Shown here: in pieces, positions 27,968 to 37,480 of the stretch | Numbering within the stretch: the stretch's first letter is position 1 | How the letters are laid out: every line of letters begins with the position of its first letter | Source: a delta proteobacterium MLS_D | Lineage (GTDB): Bacteria > Desulfobacterota > Syntrophia > Syntrophales > UBA2210 | DNA: 64,000 nt | Direction of reading: 5' to 3' | Assembly (NCBI GenBank): GCA_002030015.1 | Contig: LQBH01000001.1 | Coordinates: forward strand, 103,900 to 167,899 | Notes under the pieces: generated by a model | What the model was told of the DNA's origin: nothing | The model's database searches: none | The model's input: the letters and a program-made list of their open reading frames with translations, nothing else | Position numbers and translations under genes: made by a program

Positions 27968-27984
27968 GTCGCAGCCGGTGCGAC
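27968..27984 (+). promoter_or_regulatory. inverted repeat, candidate enhancer (UAS) site
   Basis: GTCGCA-N5-TGCGAC lies about 100 nt upstream of the -24 element at 28081. An AT-rich tract (28031-28065) sits between them. Confidence 0.35.
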
Positions 27985-28080
27985 TGTTTTTCTCTTCCGT
28001 ATCACCCTTCCCGAAGAACGTGGTCAAGATAACCTGTTAATTATATTAAATAAATAATTTTTTGCTTCCCCGCGCTGGAG

Positions 28081-28096
28081 TGGAACGATGATTGCT
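28081..28096 (+). promoter_or_regulatory. sigma-54 (-24/-12) promoter upstream of the chemoreceptor gene
   Basis: TGGAACGATGATTGCT compared with consensus TGGCACG-N4-TTGCW. The GG-to-GC spacing is correct and there is one mismatch in the -24 box. It is 162 nt before the ATG at 28258. Confidence 0.6.
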
Positions 28097-28257
28097 GAAG
28101 ACAGGGGTGACAGGGGAGCGTATTCTTCCTTGTTTTAATGGCGCGGACCGGAAGAATACAGTCCCGGTCGACGGGCCGCCGATTCCGACGAAAGCGTTTC
28201 CCGGACCGATTTTACCGGGACGGCGCATTCACAACTGAAAACGACAGAGGAGGAATT

Positions 28258-30147
28258 ATGAAAAAAAGAACACTTGCTTTCAAACTGGTACTGGGAGGCG
28301 TCATTGCCGTGCTCATACCCCTTATGGCGGTTGGTATATTTTCGGCTGTCCAATCTTCGACGGCCCTGAGGGCAGCTGCGCAGAACCAGGCCGCCCTGGT
28401 CGCGCGGAGTCTGGCATCCACGGTTGAAACGGTGCTCCAGCAGGAGGTGAAAAAGATCCAGGCGGCGGCGGCCGATCCGGCCTTTGCTGAAGACGATCTT
28501 GATGCCGCGACCAGGCGGCTTGAAACCTTAATGAAAACAATAGGTGATAATTACGAATCACTCTTCCTGGCCGACGCGAAGGGAATTATCCGGGCCGATG
28601 GATGCGGCGGCGGTTACGTGGGAGTCGATATTTCGGCGCGGAACTATTTTGCCAGGGCGCGGGCCGGCGAAGCGTCGGTAGGAGAACCGGCCAAGTCGCT
28701 GGCAACAGGGAATTCCATTGTCGTTGCAGTTGCCCCCGTCACGGGACCCGGCGGTCGCTTCGCCGGTGTACTCGCCGCCGCCGTGGAGATCGATTTCCTG
28801 ACCGACCTCATTGATGACATTCAGATAGGCCGGACCGGATACGCTTTTATGATCACCGGCAATGGTGATATGATCGCGCATCCGCGGAAAGAATTTATTC
28901 TCGAGCTTAATCTGAAAAACGAGCGCGGCATGGAAGAAATCGTGGACAACATGCTCGCGGGACGTACGGGAGTTATCCCCTACCGGTTCGAAAACGTGGC
29001 GAAGGTCGCGGGTTTCGCCCCGGTGCCTTTCCTGGGGTGGAGTATTGGCGTGACACAGGATGCCCCGGAATTCCTGGCGGCCGCGAACAAAATGCGGAAC
29101 ATCATCTTCGTCGTTGCTGTACTGTTTCTTCTGCTTACTGGCGTGGCCGTCTTTTTCTTCTCCCGGACCATCACGCGGCCCCTGTGGAGAGCTGCGGACG
29201 AACTGAATGAAGGAGCGGAGCAGGTTGCGGCGGCCTCGTCACAGGTTTCGTCGGCGAGCCAGTCGCTTGCCGAGGGCGCGACCGAACAGGCTTCATCACT
29301 CGAAGAAACCTCATCGTCTCTTGAAGAGATGTCATCCATGACAAAGCAGAACGCGGAAAGTTCCCTTCAGGCGGACGGTCTGATGACACAGGCCAACGAA
29401 ATCGTTCAGAGAGCCACTGGATCCATGAGGTCGCTGACGGCGGCAATGTCCGATATAACGTCGGCAAGTGAAGAGACGTCAAAAATCATTAAGACCATTG
29501 ATGAAATCGCGTTTCAGACGAACCTGCTGGCCCTGAATGCCGCCGTGGAGGCCGCGCGGGCCGGCGAAGCGGGTGCCGGGTTTGCCGTCGTTGCCGAGGA
29601 GGTCCGTAATCTCGCCATGCGCGCGGCCGAGGCGGCACGCAACACGACGGGACTTATCGAAGGCACGGTAAAGAAAATCAACGAGGGGTCGCATCTTGTC
29701 GACAAAACCAACGACGATTTTGCCGAAGTTGAAAAAAGCGCGGCCAAGGTTGGTGAACTGGTGAGCGAGATTTCCGCTGCGTCCCAGGAACAGGCGCAGG
29801 GTATCGATCAGATTAATCGAGCGGTCGCAGAGATGGATAAGGTGACCCAGCAGACTGCTGCGAATGCCGAGGAATCCGCGTCCGCCTCGGAAGAAATGAA
29901 TTCCCAGGCGGAACAGATGAAATCTATATCGATGCAGCTCGCCCTGATTATAGGCGGTGTCTCCGGCAACGGGAGGAGTTCCCTGAAGCACACGCAATCA
30001 GGCAAAGGCAGATCGACGAGCGGCACCGCACCGGAACGGTCTTTTGATAAGCGGCCCTCCGTGGTAAAATCGCTCAAGGCACCGGAACATCCGGACACGA
30101 TTATTCCCATGGACGACGACGGGAGCAACGGTTTCCGGAATTTCTAG
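28258..30147 (+). CDS. methyl-accepting chemotaxis protein (periplasmic Cache-like sensor, HAMP, MA domain)
   Basis: ATG after a GAGGAGGAA SD, two TM helices flanking a ~280-aa periplasmic domain, and the signalling hairpin core [33 protein letters not shown]. Confidence 0.9.
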   Translation: MKKRTLAFKLVLGGVIAVLIPLMAVGIFSAVQSSTALRAAAQNQAALVARSLASTVETVLQQEVKKIQAAAADPAFAEDDLDAATRRLETLMKTIGDNYESLFLADAKGIIRADGCGGGYVGVDISARNYFARARAGEASVGEPAKSLATGNSIVVAVAPVTGPGGRFAGVLAAAVEIDFLTDLIDDIQIGRTGYAFMITGNGDMIAHPRKEFILELNLKNERGMEEIVDNMLAGRTGVIPYRFENVAKVAGFAPVPFLGWSIGVTQDAPEFLAAANKMRNIIFVVAVLFLLLTGVAVFFFSRTITRPLWRAADELNEGAEQVAAASSQVSSASQSLAEGATEQASSLEETSSSLEEMSSMTKQNAESSLQADGLMTQANEIVQRATGSMRSLTAAMSDITSASEETSKIIKTIDEIAFQTNLLALNAAVEAARAGEAGAGFAVVAEEVRNLAMRAAEAARNTTGLIEGTVKKINEGSHLVDKTNDDFAEVEKSAAKVGELVSEISAASQEQAQGIDQINRAVAEMDKVTQQTAANAEESASASEEMNSQAEQMKSISMQLALIIGGVSGNGRSSLKHTQSGKGRSTSGTAPERSFDKRPSVVKSLKAPEHPDTIIPMDDDGSNGFRNF

Positions 30148-30184
30148 GGGTTTTTGTCGAAAGGGGTCTTCACGACTGAACATT

Positions 30185-30222
30185 CCCCCTGCGACTACCG
30201 CGCCGTCGGCCGTTGCAGGGGG
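30185..30222. terminator. hairpin between convergent MCP and DUF2065 genes
   Basis: CCCCCTGC-22 nt-GCAGGGGG. No U-tract. Confidence 0.35.
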
Positions 30223-30239
30223 ATCATTACTTCGAGGTG

Positions 30240-30425
30240 TTACGCCCTGCCGATATATACCAGCACGACGCCGATCATAATGGAAGCGAGACCGATGATT
30301 CTGAGTGTGGAGGAGGGCATCGTGATGACTTTGGCGAGATATATCTTGATGCGATCCGGAAACGTGAAATAGGGAAGCCCCTCGATGATCAGGATCAGGC
30401 CGATGACTGACAACAGCAGTTTCAT
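30240..30425 (-). CDS. DUF2065-type small membrane protein
   Basis: 61 aa, two TM helices, LILIIEGLPYFTFP motif. The start overlaps the mazG stop (ATGA). Confidence 0.6.
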   Translation of the reverse strand: MKLLLSVIGLILIIEGLPYFTFPDRIKIYLAKVITMPSSTLRIIGLASIMIGVVLVYIGRA

Positions 30426-31234
30426 GGATTGTTATTTCCTTTTCCCGTGGTTTTCGACAATTCCCACAGCCGATCCATCTCGGCCATGGCGGACGATTCC
30501 GGTGTTTTGCCTTCCGCGGACAAACGTTCTTCAATGAAGGTGAAACGGTCCGTAAATTTACGCGTGGCGCCGCGCAGGGCCCGGTCGGGATCGACGTGCG
30601 CGTGCCGGCAGAGATTGACAACGGAAAAAAGCAGGTCTCCCAGCTCTTCGCCGGTTTTCTCCGCGTCATTTTCGGCAAGGGCTGTTTCCAGCTCCCGGAG
30701 TTCTTCTTCCACCTTATCGATCACACCGTCGATCGAGTTCCAATCGAAACCGACTCTCGCGGCTTTTTCCGTGATTTTGAACGCCCGGTCGAGGGCCGGA
30801 AGCGAACGCGGGACTCTCTCAAGAACAGAATGGGGCCGCGGCTGACCCTGTCGCTCGCGGCGTTTGATTTCTTCCCAGTTTTCTCTGACCTTCTCGACGG
30901 TATCCGCTCTGGCGTCTCCAAATACGTGGGGATGACGCCGGATCATCTTTTCCGACGCGGCCGCCATAACATCCCCTATGTGGTAGGCTCCTTCTTCCTC
31001 CGCCATCCGTGCCAGGAAGAAGATCTGGAAGAGCAGATCCCCCAGTTCTTCCTTCAGGTGTTCCGGTGATTCCTCGTCGATGGCGTCGATAACCTCGCAG
31101 GCTTCATCCAGGACGTATCTCGCCACGTCGGGCCTGGTTTGGCGACGGTCCCAGGGACAGCCCGACGGCGATCTCAGTTTTTCAATAATGTTCACTATCC
31201 GTTCAAATTCGGCAAGTGTCCGATGCGACGGCAT
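30422..31234 (-). CDS. mazG: nucleoside triphosphate pyrophosphohydrolase MazG
   Basis: Start at the ATG at 31234 with a GAGGAG SD. Tandem MazG domains with the EExGDLLF motif twice (EELGDLLFQI, EELGDLLFSV). Confidence 0.85.
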   Translation of the reverse strand: MPSHRTLAEFERIVNIIEKLRSPSGCPWDRRQTRPDVARYVLDEACEVIDAIDEESPEHLKEELGDLLFQIFFLARMAEEEGAYHIGDVMAAASEKMIRRHPHVFGDARADTVEKVRENWEEIKRRERQGQPRPHSVLERVPRSLPALDRAFKITEKAARVGFDWNSIDGVIDKVEEELRELETALAENDAEKTGEELGDLLFSVVNLCRHAHVDPDRALRGATRKFTDRFTFIEERLSAEGKTPESSAMAEMDRLWELSKTTGKGNNNP

Positions 31235-31463
31235 GAAGGGTCTCCTCACGATGTCCATCCTTCTAGCACGAAGGCCGGTTACTGTCAAAAGCGGGTGCGG
31301 CGGGTGTTTATTTACGGCTCGTTCATTACTGCCTGCGGATTTGAGGGTTTTGAGGGTTGACGGGTTCGCTTTGAGGTGCTATGCGACGCATTATTCACGG
31401 TCGGAAAGGTTTGGTATCTTCCTTTCGGATTCGTGATTATTCCGGTGAACAGGAGGCGTTTCC

Positions 31464-31688
31464 ATGAGCATTGAGATCGAATCCCCCATGCCGGGAACGG
31501 TCCAGGAAATATTCGTGACGGTCGGCGACAGGCTGGATGCGGATGAGCAGATTATTGTCCTGGAGGCGATGAAAATGGAGCACTCCATATTCACGCCCGC
31601 CGAGGGCGTGGTAACCGATGTGCTGGTTGAAGAAGACCAGAAGGTTGAAGCGAGGCAGGTTCTTGTGCTGCTCGAATCACCGGAATAA
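31464..31688 (+). CDS. stand-alone biotinyl/lipoyl-carrier domain protein (BCCP-like, 74 aa)
   Basis: AGGAGG SD and the biotinylation motif EAMKME inside a typical hammerhead-type sequence (PMPGTV..V.VGD.V...Q.L..LEAMKME). Confidence 0.8.
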   Translation: MSIEIESPMPGTVQEIFVTVGDRLDADEQIIVLEAMKMEHSIFTPAEGVVTDVLVEEDQKVEARQVLVLLESPE

Positions 31689-31721
31689 AGGAACGGGAAA
31701 CCCGAAACGACAGTGATTGCG

Positions 31722-32138
31722 TCACTCGGTGGAGCGGTCCCCGTCACGGACAGGCCACTCGTCACGCTCCTTCAGTACTTCCCTGTAAACGTCAAGCGCC
31801 TCGTTCACGGCAGGCATGCCGCCGTAGGGTGCGAGTTGAAAAAATACTTCCGCCAGTTTTCGTGGATCGCATCCGACATTAAGGGCGGCGTTGACATGCA
31901 GTTTCAATTCGTCCCGCGCCCTAAGCGCCGCGAGCATGGCACAAGCGGCCATCTGTCGTTCCTGAAGCGTAAGGATGGTCCGCGAGTACAGATTGCCCGT
32001 AATAAAGAGCGAAAAGTCGTTTGCCAGGTCCCGGTCGAAAGCCTTCCACATGTGGTAGGGAGGTTCCATTTTTATACCTTCGCCGAAAAGTGTCGCCGCC
32101 GTCTTTTTTGTCCTCGTTTTTAACTCATTCTTGTCCAT
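31722..32138 (-). CDS. carboxymuconolactone decarboxylase (CMD/AhpD-like) family protein
   Basis: 138 aa from the ATG at 32138, with LTLQERQMAACAMLAALRARDELKLHVNAALNVGCDPRKLAEVFFQLAPYGGMP typical of the CMD fold. An alternative start at 32153 is possible. Confidence 0.65.
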   Translation of the reverse strand: MDKNELKTRTKKTAATLFGEGIKMEPPYHMWKAFDRDLANDFSLFITGNLYSRTILTLQERQMAACAMLAALRARDELKLHVNAALNVGCDPRKLAEVFFQLAPYGGMPAVNEALDVYREVLKERDEWPVRDGDRSTE

Positions 32139-32166
32139 TGTAAGGCCTTTCATAAAGAGAGGGTTC

Positions 32167-33474
32167 TTATTTCCTGGTGAACACATCCCGGTCCCGGTCC
32201 TGCAGGTAAACGTAGCGGTAAACGTCGCCTGATTTCGTTGCGGCGAATAGTGCTTCACCCTCCCGTCTACAGGCCGCGCAGGCACGACCGGGAACAATGA
32301 CGGCGAATATCCGGTTTCCCGTGCTGGCCATTGAATCGATGGTCACCACACCGCCGCAGTCATCGCAGATCCGCACGGATTCGATCTGTTCTTCGTGGAT
32401 GTTGTCGGTATCGTAATAGATACTCCTGCTCCGCCGCTCGAATGTTCCGATGTCCGATGATGCTTTCAGACTTCCCCGCTGACGCCACTGGTCATAAAGT
32501 GCGGGAACGAGCCGTTCTATGTAGGCGGTGACTTCCGGGTCCTGCCGCAGAGCGGCGGGGTTGTAATCAGGTTCTTTTACGAAACTATAGTCGATTCCCG
32601 CCATCGCCAGAATAATACCGACGTTGATATAGGGAAGGGCCGTTTCCACCGAGTAACCCCCCTCAAGGACGGCGATGTGAGGTTTGAGACGGTCCGTGAG
32701 AATCGCGTATCCCTGAGCGGTGAAATTCATGTTGGTGATGGGGTCGCTGTAGTGGTTGTCCTGTCCCGCCGAATTTATAATGATGTCCGGTTTGAAGTCT
32801 TCCAGCACGGGCAGGATGAGATTATCCAGAGCAAAGAGGAATCCTTCCTCAGATGTTTCCGGCGGCAGGGGAATATTGAGTGTGTATCCGCGGGCGTTCG
32901 GTCCTCCCGTTTCATTCGGAAATCCTGTTCCGGGATAGAGTGTCCTGCCGTCCTGGTGGACCGATATGTAGAGAGTGTCCGGGTCGTGCCAGAAGATGTC
33001 CTGGCTTCCGTCACCGTGATGGCAGTCGGTGTCCACGATCGCGATTTTCCGGTGACCGTAGTGTCGTCTGATGTACTCTACCATGACAGCTTCGATGTTG
33101 ATGTTGCAGAATCCCCGGGCGCCATGAACGACCCGCATCGCGTGGTGCCCCGGCGGGCGGACGAGAGCGAACGCGTTGTCCACGTCACCCCGCAGCACCT
33201 TGTCAGCCGCCGTTATGGCGCCTCCGGCGGAGATGAGATGGGATTCGGTACAAATTGCCGATGCCTCCGGAACGCAGATGTGAACCCTGTTGATGTCGTC
33301 CTGGCCGGCCAGGCCGGGCTTATACTCTAAAATATTTTCAAAATCCAGCAGGCCCTCTTCAAAGACCTGGTCCTGGGTGTAAAGCAACCGTTCTTCACGT
33401 TCGGGGTGCGTGGGTGATATGGCCCAGTCGAAAGCGGGAAAGAAAATCAGGCCTGTTCTCTTCACTGAGTGCAT
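32167..33474 (-). CDS. histone-deacetylase/acetoin-utilisation (arginase-fold) family deacylase with C-terminal 4-Cys extension
   Basis: Motifs RPPGHHA, DTDCHHGDGSQDIFW and GGYS. The C-terminal ~90 aa contain CDDCGG...CAAC. The start overlaps the upstream gene by 13 nt. Confidence 0.8.
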   Translation of the reverse strand: MHSVKRTGLIFFPAFDWAISPTHPEREERLLYTQDQVFEEGLLDFENILEYKPGLAGQDDINRVHICVPEASAICTESHLISAGGAITAADKVLRGDVDNAFALVRPPGHHAMRVVHGARGFCNINIEAVMVEYIRRHYGHRKIAIVDTDCHHGDGSQDIFWHDPDTLYISVHQDGRTLYPGTGFPNETGGPNARGYTLNIPLPPETSEEGFLFALDNLILPVLEDFKPDIIINSAGQDNHYSDPITNMNFTAQGYAILTDRLKPHIAVLEGGYSVETALPYINVGIILAMAGIDYSFVKEPDYNPAALRQDPEVTAYIERLVPALYDQWRQRGSLKASSDIGTFERRSRSIYYDTDNIHEEQIESVRICDDCGGVVTIDSMASTGNRIFAVIVPGRACAACRREGEALFAATKSGDVYRYVYLQDRDRDVFTRK

Positions 33475-35144
33475 GAAGGGTCCCCCCTTTCGACGCCGGT
33501 GATAAGTCCGGGCTTGACCTGTGCCTTTATTCGGATGTTCCTGCCGGCCGTGTAAAAACCGCGGACCATGTTGAAGCTCTGATCCTCGGTGATTTCAAGT
33601 TCCAGGTCTTCCGTGCGGGCGCCCATGCTGAGAGCCCGTTCCCGCAGACGATCCAGGCAGATATCCGCCGCTTCTTCCCGGGTGAACCCTGCGGAGATGG
33701 GAATCCGGATCCCTTCTTCAACGATGGTGAGCGTTTTTTCCTCCGTGTCGGCCAGCACGGTCAGCTCCGTCGTCGTCCGGGCGAGTGCCGCGCCGACGGC
33801 ATTGGCGACTTCCGCGTGCGGCGGAATCTCGGCCCGACAGTTCAGGTATTCGGCGATGCGGGGCGCCATTGGTTGCGCCGGTCCTCCCACGACGTGCAGG
33901 ACCGCCGGCCGGAGCACCTTGCCTTCCAGGAGTTCATGAATCGTGTAAACTGGTTGAGCGTTGACCCTTTCGATCATGGCGGTAACGGCGCGCGCGATGT
34001 GCCGACAGGTTTCGTCGAATATCTCCTGAGCAGCGCTTTCCAGCGATATGCCTGCCTGGGCGGCGAGAGGTTCGAGAGCCGTTTCCGCTTTCCGCCGGTC
34101 GTCCGGGGAGGTGAGACCCAGGACGATCATCGCGTCCGTGGGAGTCGGCGCCGGTCCTCCGAAGGCGGCTGCGGGACCGAGCCGGTGAGGGCCGATGACA
34201 AATCCGCCGTTTTCGAATCGAACGGCGCTGTCGCCGCCTATACCGATTGATTGAGTCCTGAGTCCCCGGATCAGCGTTTTGTATTTTCCGATGGTAAGTC
34301 CTCGCGGTTCCAGCAAAGGTACGCCGTCGGCAAATAACGCGATGTCCGTCGTCGTGCCGCCGATATCCAGGGCGACGGCATCGTCGACGCAGTCGGCGAG
34401 GCTGAGGATTCCCATGACGCTTGCCGCGGGCCCGGAAAGAATGGTCTGTACCGGGTAGTCGGCGGAACGATTTATTTCAAGAGTTCCGCCGTCCGCTTTC
34501 AATATGTAGACGGGAAAGCGTTTTCCGAAGCGATTGATAAAGGCGTTTACAACCTCGATAAATTTTCGGTAGATGTCCCAGACGGCGGCGTTGAGATACG
34601 TCGTGGCGACACGGCGCGGAAAATTCAGATTTCCGGACATGCGGTGTCCCAGCGAAACATGGGAGAAACGGGATCCCGCGATTTCCTCGATATCGAGCTC
34701 AAGCCGCTGGTTGCGGGTTGAAAATTTTCCCGCCACACCGATGGCGGTGATACCTTTTTTATGAAAACCTTCTGCGATGATTTCCACTTCGCGCCGGTCC
34801 ACCGGCACGACGCTGATACCGCGGTGATTGACATAGCCGGAGACGAAACGGGCGTTTTTGTCGGTGGTGATGCGTGACGGCGGAATGCCGGGACCGTTCG
34901 CCAGGATCATGCCGACGGTGCTGACGGCATCCTGCACGATGGCGTTTGTGGAGATTGTGGTGCTGAAAACAACGCGATCAGGGTAACGGGAACCGACGGG
35001 CCCGAGAAGCTGTTCCGCCACTTCGAGCAGTGAGCCGCCCAGGTCGTCGCTGTTTGTCGGTACTTTAATTTTTTCGAGAACGTCGCGGCCTTCGATGAGC
35101 ACGGCATCGGTATGTGTTCCTCCGACATCGATTCCCAGAATCAT
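33462..35144 (-). CDS. hydantoinase/oxoprolinase (HyuA-like, ASKHA-fold ATPase) family protein
   Basis: MILGIDVGGTHTDAVL N-terminal phosphate-1 motif and a second ALDIGGTTTDIAL motif. 560 aa. Confidence 0.75.
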   Translation of the reverse strand: MILGIDVGGTHTDAVLIEGRDVLEKIKVPTNSDDLGGSLLEVAEQLLGPVGSRYPDRVVFSTTISTNAIVQDAVSTVGMILANGPGIPPSRITTDKNARFVSGYVNHRGISVVPVDRREVEIIAEGFHKKGITAIGVAGKFSTRNQRLELDIEEIAGSRFSHVSLGHRMSGNLNFPRRVATTYLNAAVWDIYRKFIEVVNAFINRFGKRFPVYILKADGGTLEINRSADYPVQTILSGPAASVMGILSLADCVDDAVALDIGGTTTDIALFADGVPLLEPRGLTIGKYKTLIRGLRTQSIGIGGDSAVRFENGGFVIGPHRLGPAAAFGGPAPTPTDAMIVLGLTSPDDRRKAETALEPLAAQAGISLESAAQEIFDETCRHIARAVTAMIERVNAQPVYTIHELLEGKVLRPAVLHVVGGPAQPMAPRIAEYLNCRAEIPPHAEVANAVGAALARTTTELTVLADTEEKTLTIVEEGIRIPISAGFTREEAADICLDRLRERALSMGARTEDLELEITEDQSFNMVRGFYTAGRNIRIKAQVKPGLITGVERGDPSCTQ

Positions 35145-35341
35145 GGCGCCGCTTCCTTTTCCCTGGTTTTTGTCTGCGGAATCGTTACCACAGTGGCGCG
35201 CCGGGAGTCAATAAACGAATTCGGACCGTAAAATACCCGGTGATTTCGAGGTATAAAGATATGTGTTCGGGGGACGTGGGCGAACGCTATGCCGGTGAAG
35301 TAACGCTAAGCAAAAAGTGACGTTGACGGTGAATAAAATAT

Positions 35342-35370
35342 TTGACCGTTATTTATTTCCTGTGATAATT
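35342..35370 (+). promoter_or_regulatory. candidate sigma-70 promoter for gdhA
   Basis: TTGACC-17 nt-ATAATT (preceded by TG), about 80 nt upstream of the ATG at 35453. Confidence 0.4.
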
Positions 35371-35452
35371 CTTGCGGTTATATCCACGCTGGTGTGTCGC
35401 GGGGACAAATCTTTCTTATCACTTGATTTTACTGAGAGGAGCCGAGAGAAAA

Positions 35453-36802
35453 ATGCAGGAATTCATAAGGATGTGCGAGGAATGCAACCCGGGAGAAACC
35501 GAGTTTTTGCAGGCCGTGTCCGAGGTGGCCGAGTCGGTCAAGCCGGTGCTTGACAGACATCCCGAGTATCGCAAGGCTAAAATACTGGAACGGATGGTCG
35601 AACCGGAACGGTTGATCTCCTTCCGGGTGCCCTGGGTCGACGACAGGGGCGAGGTGCAGGTGAACCGTGGCTACCGGATTCAGATGAACAGCGCTATCGG
35701 GCCCTACAAGGGCGGTTTTCGCTTTCATCCCTCCGTTAACGCGAGCATTCTCAAATTTCTCGCCTTTGAACAGGTATACAAGAACGCCCTTACCACGCTT
35801 CCCATGGGAGGAGGAAAAGGCGGGTCGAATTTTGATCCCAAAGGCAGGTCGGACATGGAGGTCATGCGGTTCTGCCAGAGTTTCATGAGCGAGTTGTTCC
35901 GGCATCTGGGCCCGAACACGGATGTTCCCGCCGGCGACATCGGCGTGGGGGCCCGCGAGATAGGGTATCTGTTCGGTACGTACAAGAAACTGAGAAATGA
36001 ATTCACCGGTGTCCTCACCGGCAAGCGACTCGAATGGGGTGGAAGCCTGATCCGGCCGGAAGCAACGGGGTACGGGTCGGTGTATTTCGCGGCGGAAATG
36101 CTGGCCACGAGGGACCAGACCCTGGAGGGGAAAATCTGCCTCGTATCCGGTTCGGGCAACGTGGCCCAGTTCACCGTTGAAAAGCTCATCGAGATGGGCG
36201 CCCGCGTGGTAACCCTGTCCGATTCGTCGGGGTACATCTTCGACGAAGCAGGCATCGACCGGGCGAAGCTCGATTACGTGATGCACCTCAAGAATGTTGA
36301 GCGGGGTCGGATCAAGGAATATGCCGATAAATACCCCGAGGCGGTGTACACGCCCTGTGATCCTGCGGCGGATTTCAATTCATTGTGGAACCACAAGGCC
36401 GACTGTGCCTTTCCCAGCGCGACGCAGAACGAAATCAACGAGCGGGACGCGGCCAACCTGATCGACAATGGTGTGTATGTTGTCAGTGAAGGAGCGAACA
36501 TGCCGACCGTTCCGAAGGGCGTCGATCTGTTCCAGGAACAGAGGATTCTTTACGGGCCGGGCAAGGCGGCGAACGCCGGCGGCGTGTCTGTATCGGGGCT
36601 CGAAATGAGCCAGAACAGCCTGCGAATGAGCTGGTCGCGGGAAGAAGTGGACGGTCATCTGCAGCGGATTATGAAGAATATACACAAGGCCTGCGTCGAG
36701 GCGGCGGAATCTTACGGGACGCCCGGAAATTACGTGAGTGGAGCAAACATCGCCGGATTTGAGAAAGTGGCCAGGGCAATGCTGGATCAGGGCGTGATGT
36801 GA
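35453..36802 (+). CDS. gdhA: NADP-specific glutamate dehydrogenase
   Basis: 449 aa from the ATG after a GAGAGGAG SD. Motifs RFHPSVN, LPMGGGKGGSNFDPKG and GSGNVAQ (dinucleotide fold). Confidence 0.9.
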   Translation: MQEFIRMCEECNPGETEFLQAVSEVAESVKPVLDRHPEYRKAKILERMVEPERLISFRVPWVDDRGEVQVNRGYRIQMNSAIGPYKGGFRFHPSVNASILKFLAFEQVYKNALTTLPMGGGKGGSNFDPKGRSDMEVMRFCQSFMSELFRHLGPNTDVPAGDIGVGAREIGYLFGTYKKLRNEFTGVLTGKRLEWGGSLIRPEATGYGSVYFAAEMLATRDQTLEGKICLVSGSGNVAQFTVEKLIEMGARVVTLSDSSGYIFDEAGIDRAKLDYVMHLKNVERGRIKEYADKYPEAVYTPCDPAADFNSLWNHKADCAFPSATQNEINERDAANLIDNGVYVVSEGANMPTVPKGVDLFQEQRILYGPGKAANAGGVSVSGLEMSQNSLRMSWSREEVDGHLQRIMKNIHKACVEAAESYGTPGNYVSGANIAGFEKVARAMLDQGVM

Positions 36803-36811
36803 TAATGGTGC

Positions 36812-36862
36812 AACCGCCGGGAACGGGCCGGGCGTCGTGTCGTCAGGCGCCGCCCGGCGGTT
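36812..36862 (+). terminator. long GC hairpin after gdhA
   Basis: AACCGCCGGG-31 nt-CCCGGCGGTT followed by ATTATAAA. Confidence 0.4.
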
Positions 36863-36892
36863 ATTATAAACAAGGCAATCAGGGGATATAAA

Positions 36893-37339
36893 ATGGCGCG
36901 GCGGACGTTTGGAGTTCAAAAAGGTCGTGTCCGTTCGAAGACGGCGGGGAACGGCGGCAGTGATCGTCCCGTGGACGAAGTCATCAGGGAACTGAAAAGC
37001 AATATTCAGAAGCCCGCGGACGAGGACTACAGGGAACGGTCTCTCGCCATTCATGGTCTCGTCTGCGCCCGCTGCGGCAGGACTTTTGAAGGGAAGGACC
37101 GCAGGCTCCTGACAGTTCATCACAAGGACGGGAACCATCACAATAATCCACCCGACGGGAGTAACTGGGAGAATCTCTGTGTGTATTGCCACGACGATAT
37201 TCACAGTCGCGGTGTACTGGGTGACTATCTCGGAGGAGAAGGCGAGGCGCCGAAGGGTGAGCTGGTCTACAGCGACGAATCATCCTCCGCGGGGTTTGGA
37301 ACGCTGGCGGAGAAGTTGAGAAAGGCCGGGAAAAAATAA
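36893..37339 (+). CDS. yajD: YajD-like HNH nuclease family protein
   Basis: CARCGRTF..LTVHHKDGNHHNNPPDGSNWENLCVYCHDDIH is the HNH/zinc-finger core typical of YajD. Confidence 0.75.
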   Translation: MARRTFGVQKGRVRSKTAGNGGSDRPVDEVIRELKSNIQKPADEDYRERSLAIHGLVCARCGRTFEGKDRRLLTVHHKDGNHHNNPPDGSNWENLCVYCHDDIHSRGVLGDYLGGEGEAPKGELVYSDESSSAGFGTLAEKLRKAGKK

Positions 37340-37375
37340 TAGAAATCAGTCGGTTTTCATGTGCGTGGTCGGAAT

Positions 37376-37404
37376 GGCGGGGGCGTGAGGATGAACCCCC
37401 CGCC
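37376..37404. terminator. 8-bp G/C hairpin between convergent yajD and the zinc-ribbon gene
   Basis: GGCGGGGG-13 nt-CCCCCGCC. No U-tract on either strand. Confidence 0.3.
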
Positions 37405-37480
37405 GAAACCCGTCGTCTCATTCAATCGGCAGGGGCTTTGGAGCCTGATCGCGGGGTAATTTAAAAACCGGCATGCAATT

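Noticed and set aside
27959-27973. TGGCACAGTGTCGCA, which at first glance looks like a sigma-54 promoter downstream of the regulator gene.
   Set aside because: The GG-to-GC spacing is one nucleotide too short (the GC falls at positions 13-14 instead of 14-15). The properly spaced element at 28081-28096 is the better candidate. This sequence overlaps the putative UAS palindrome instead.
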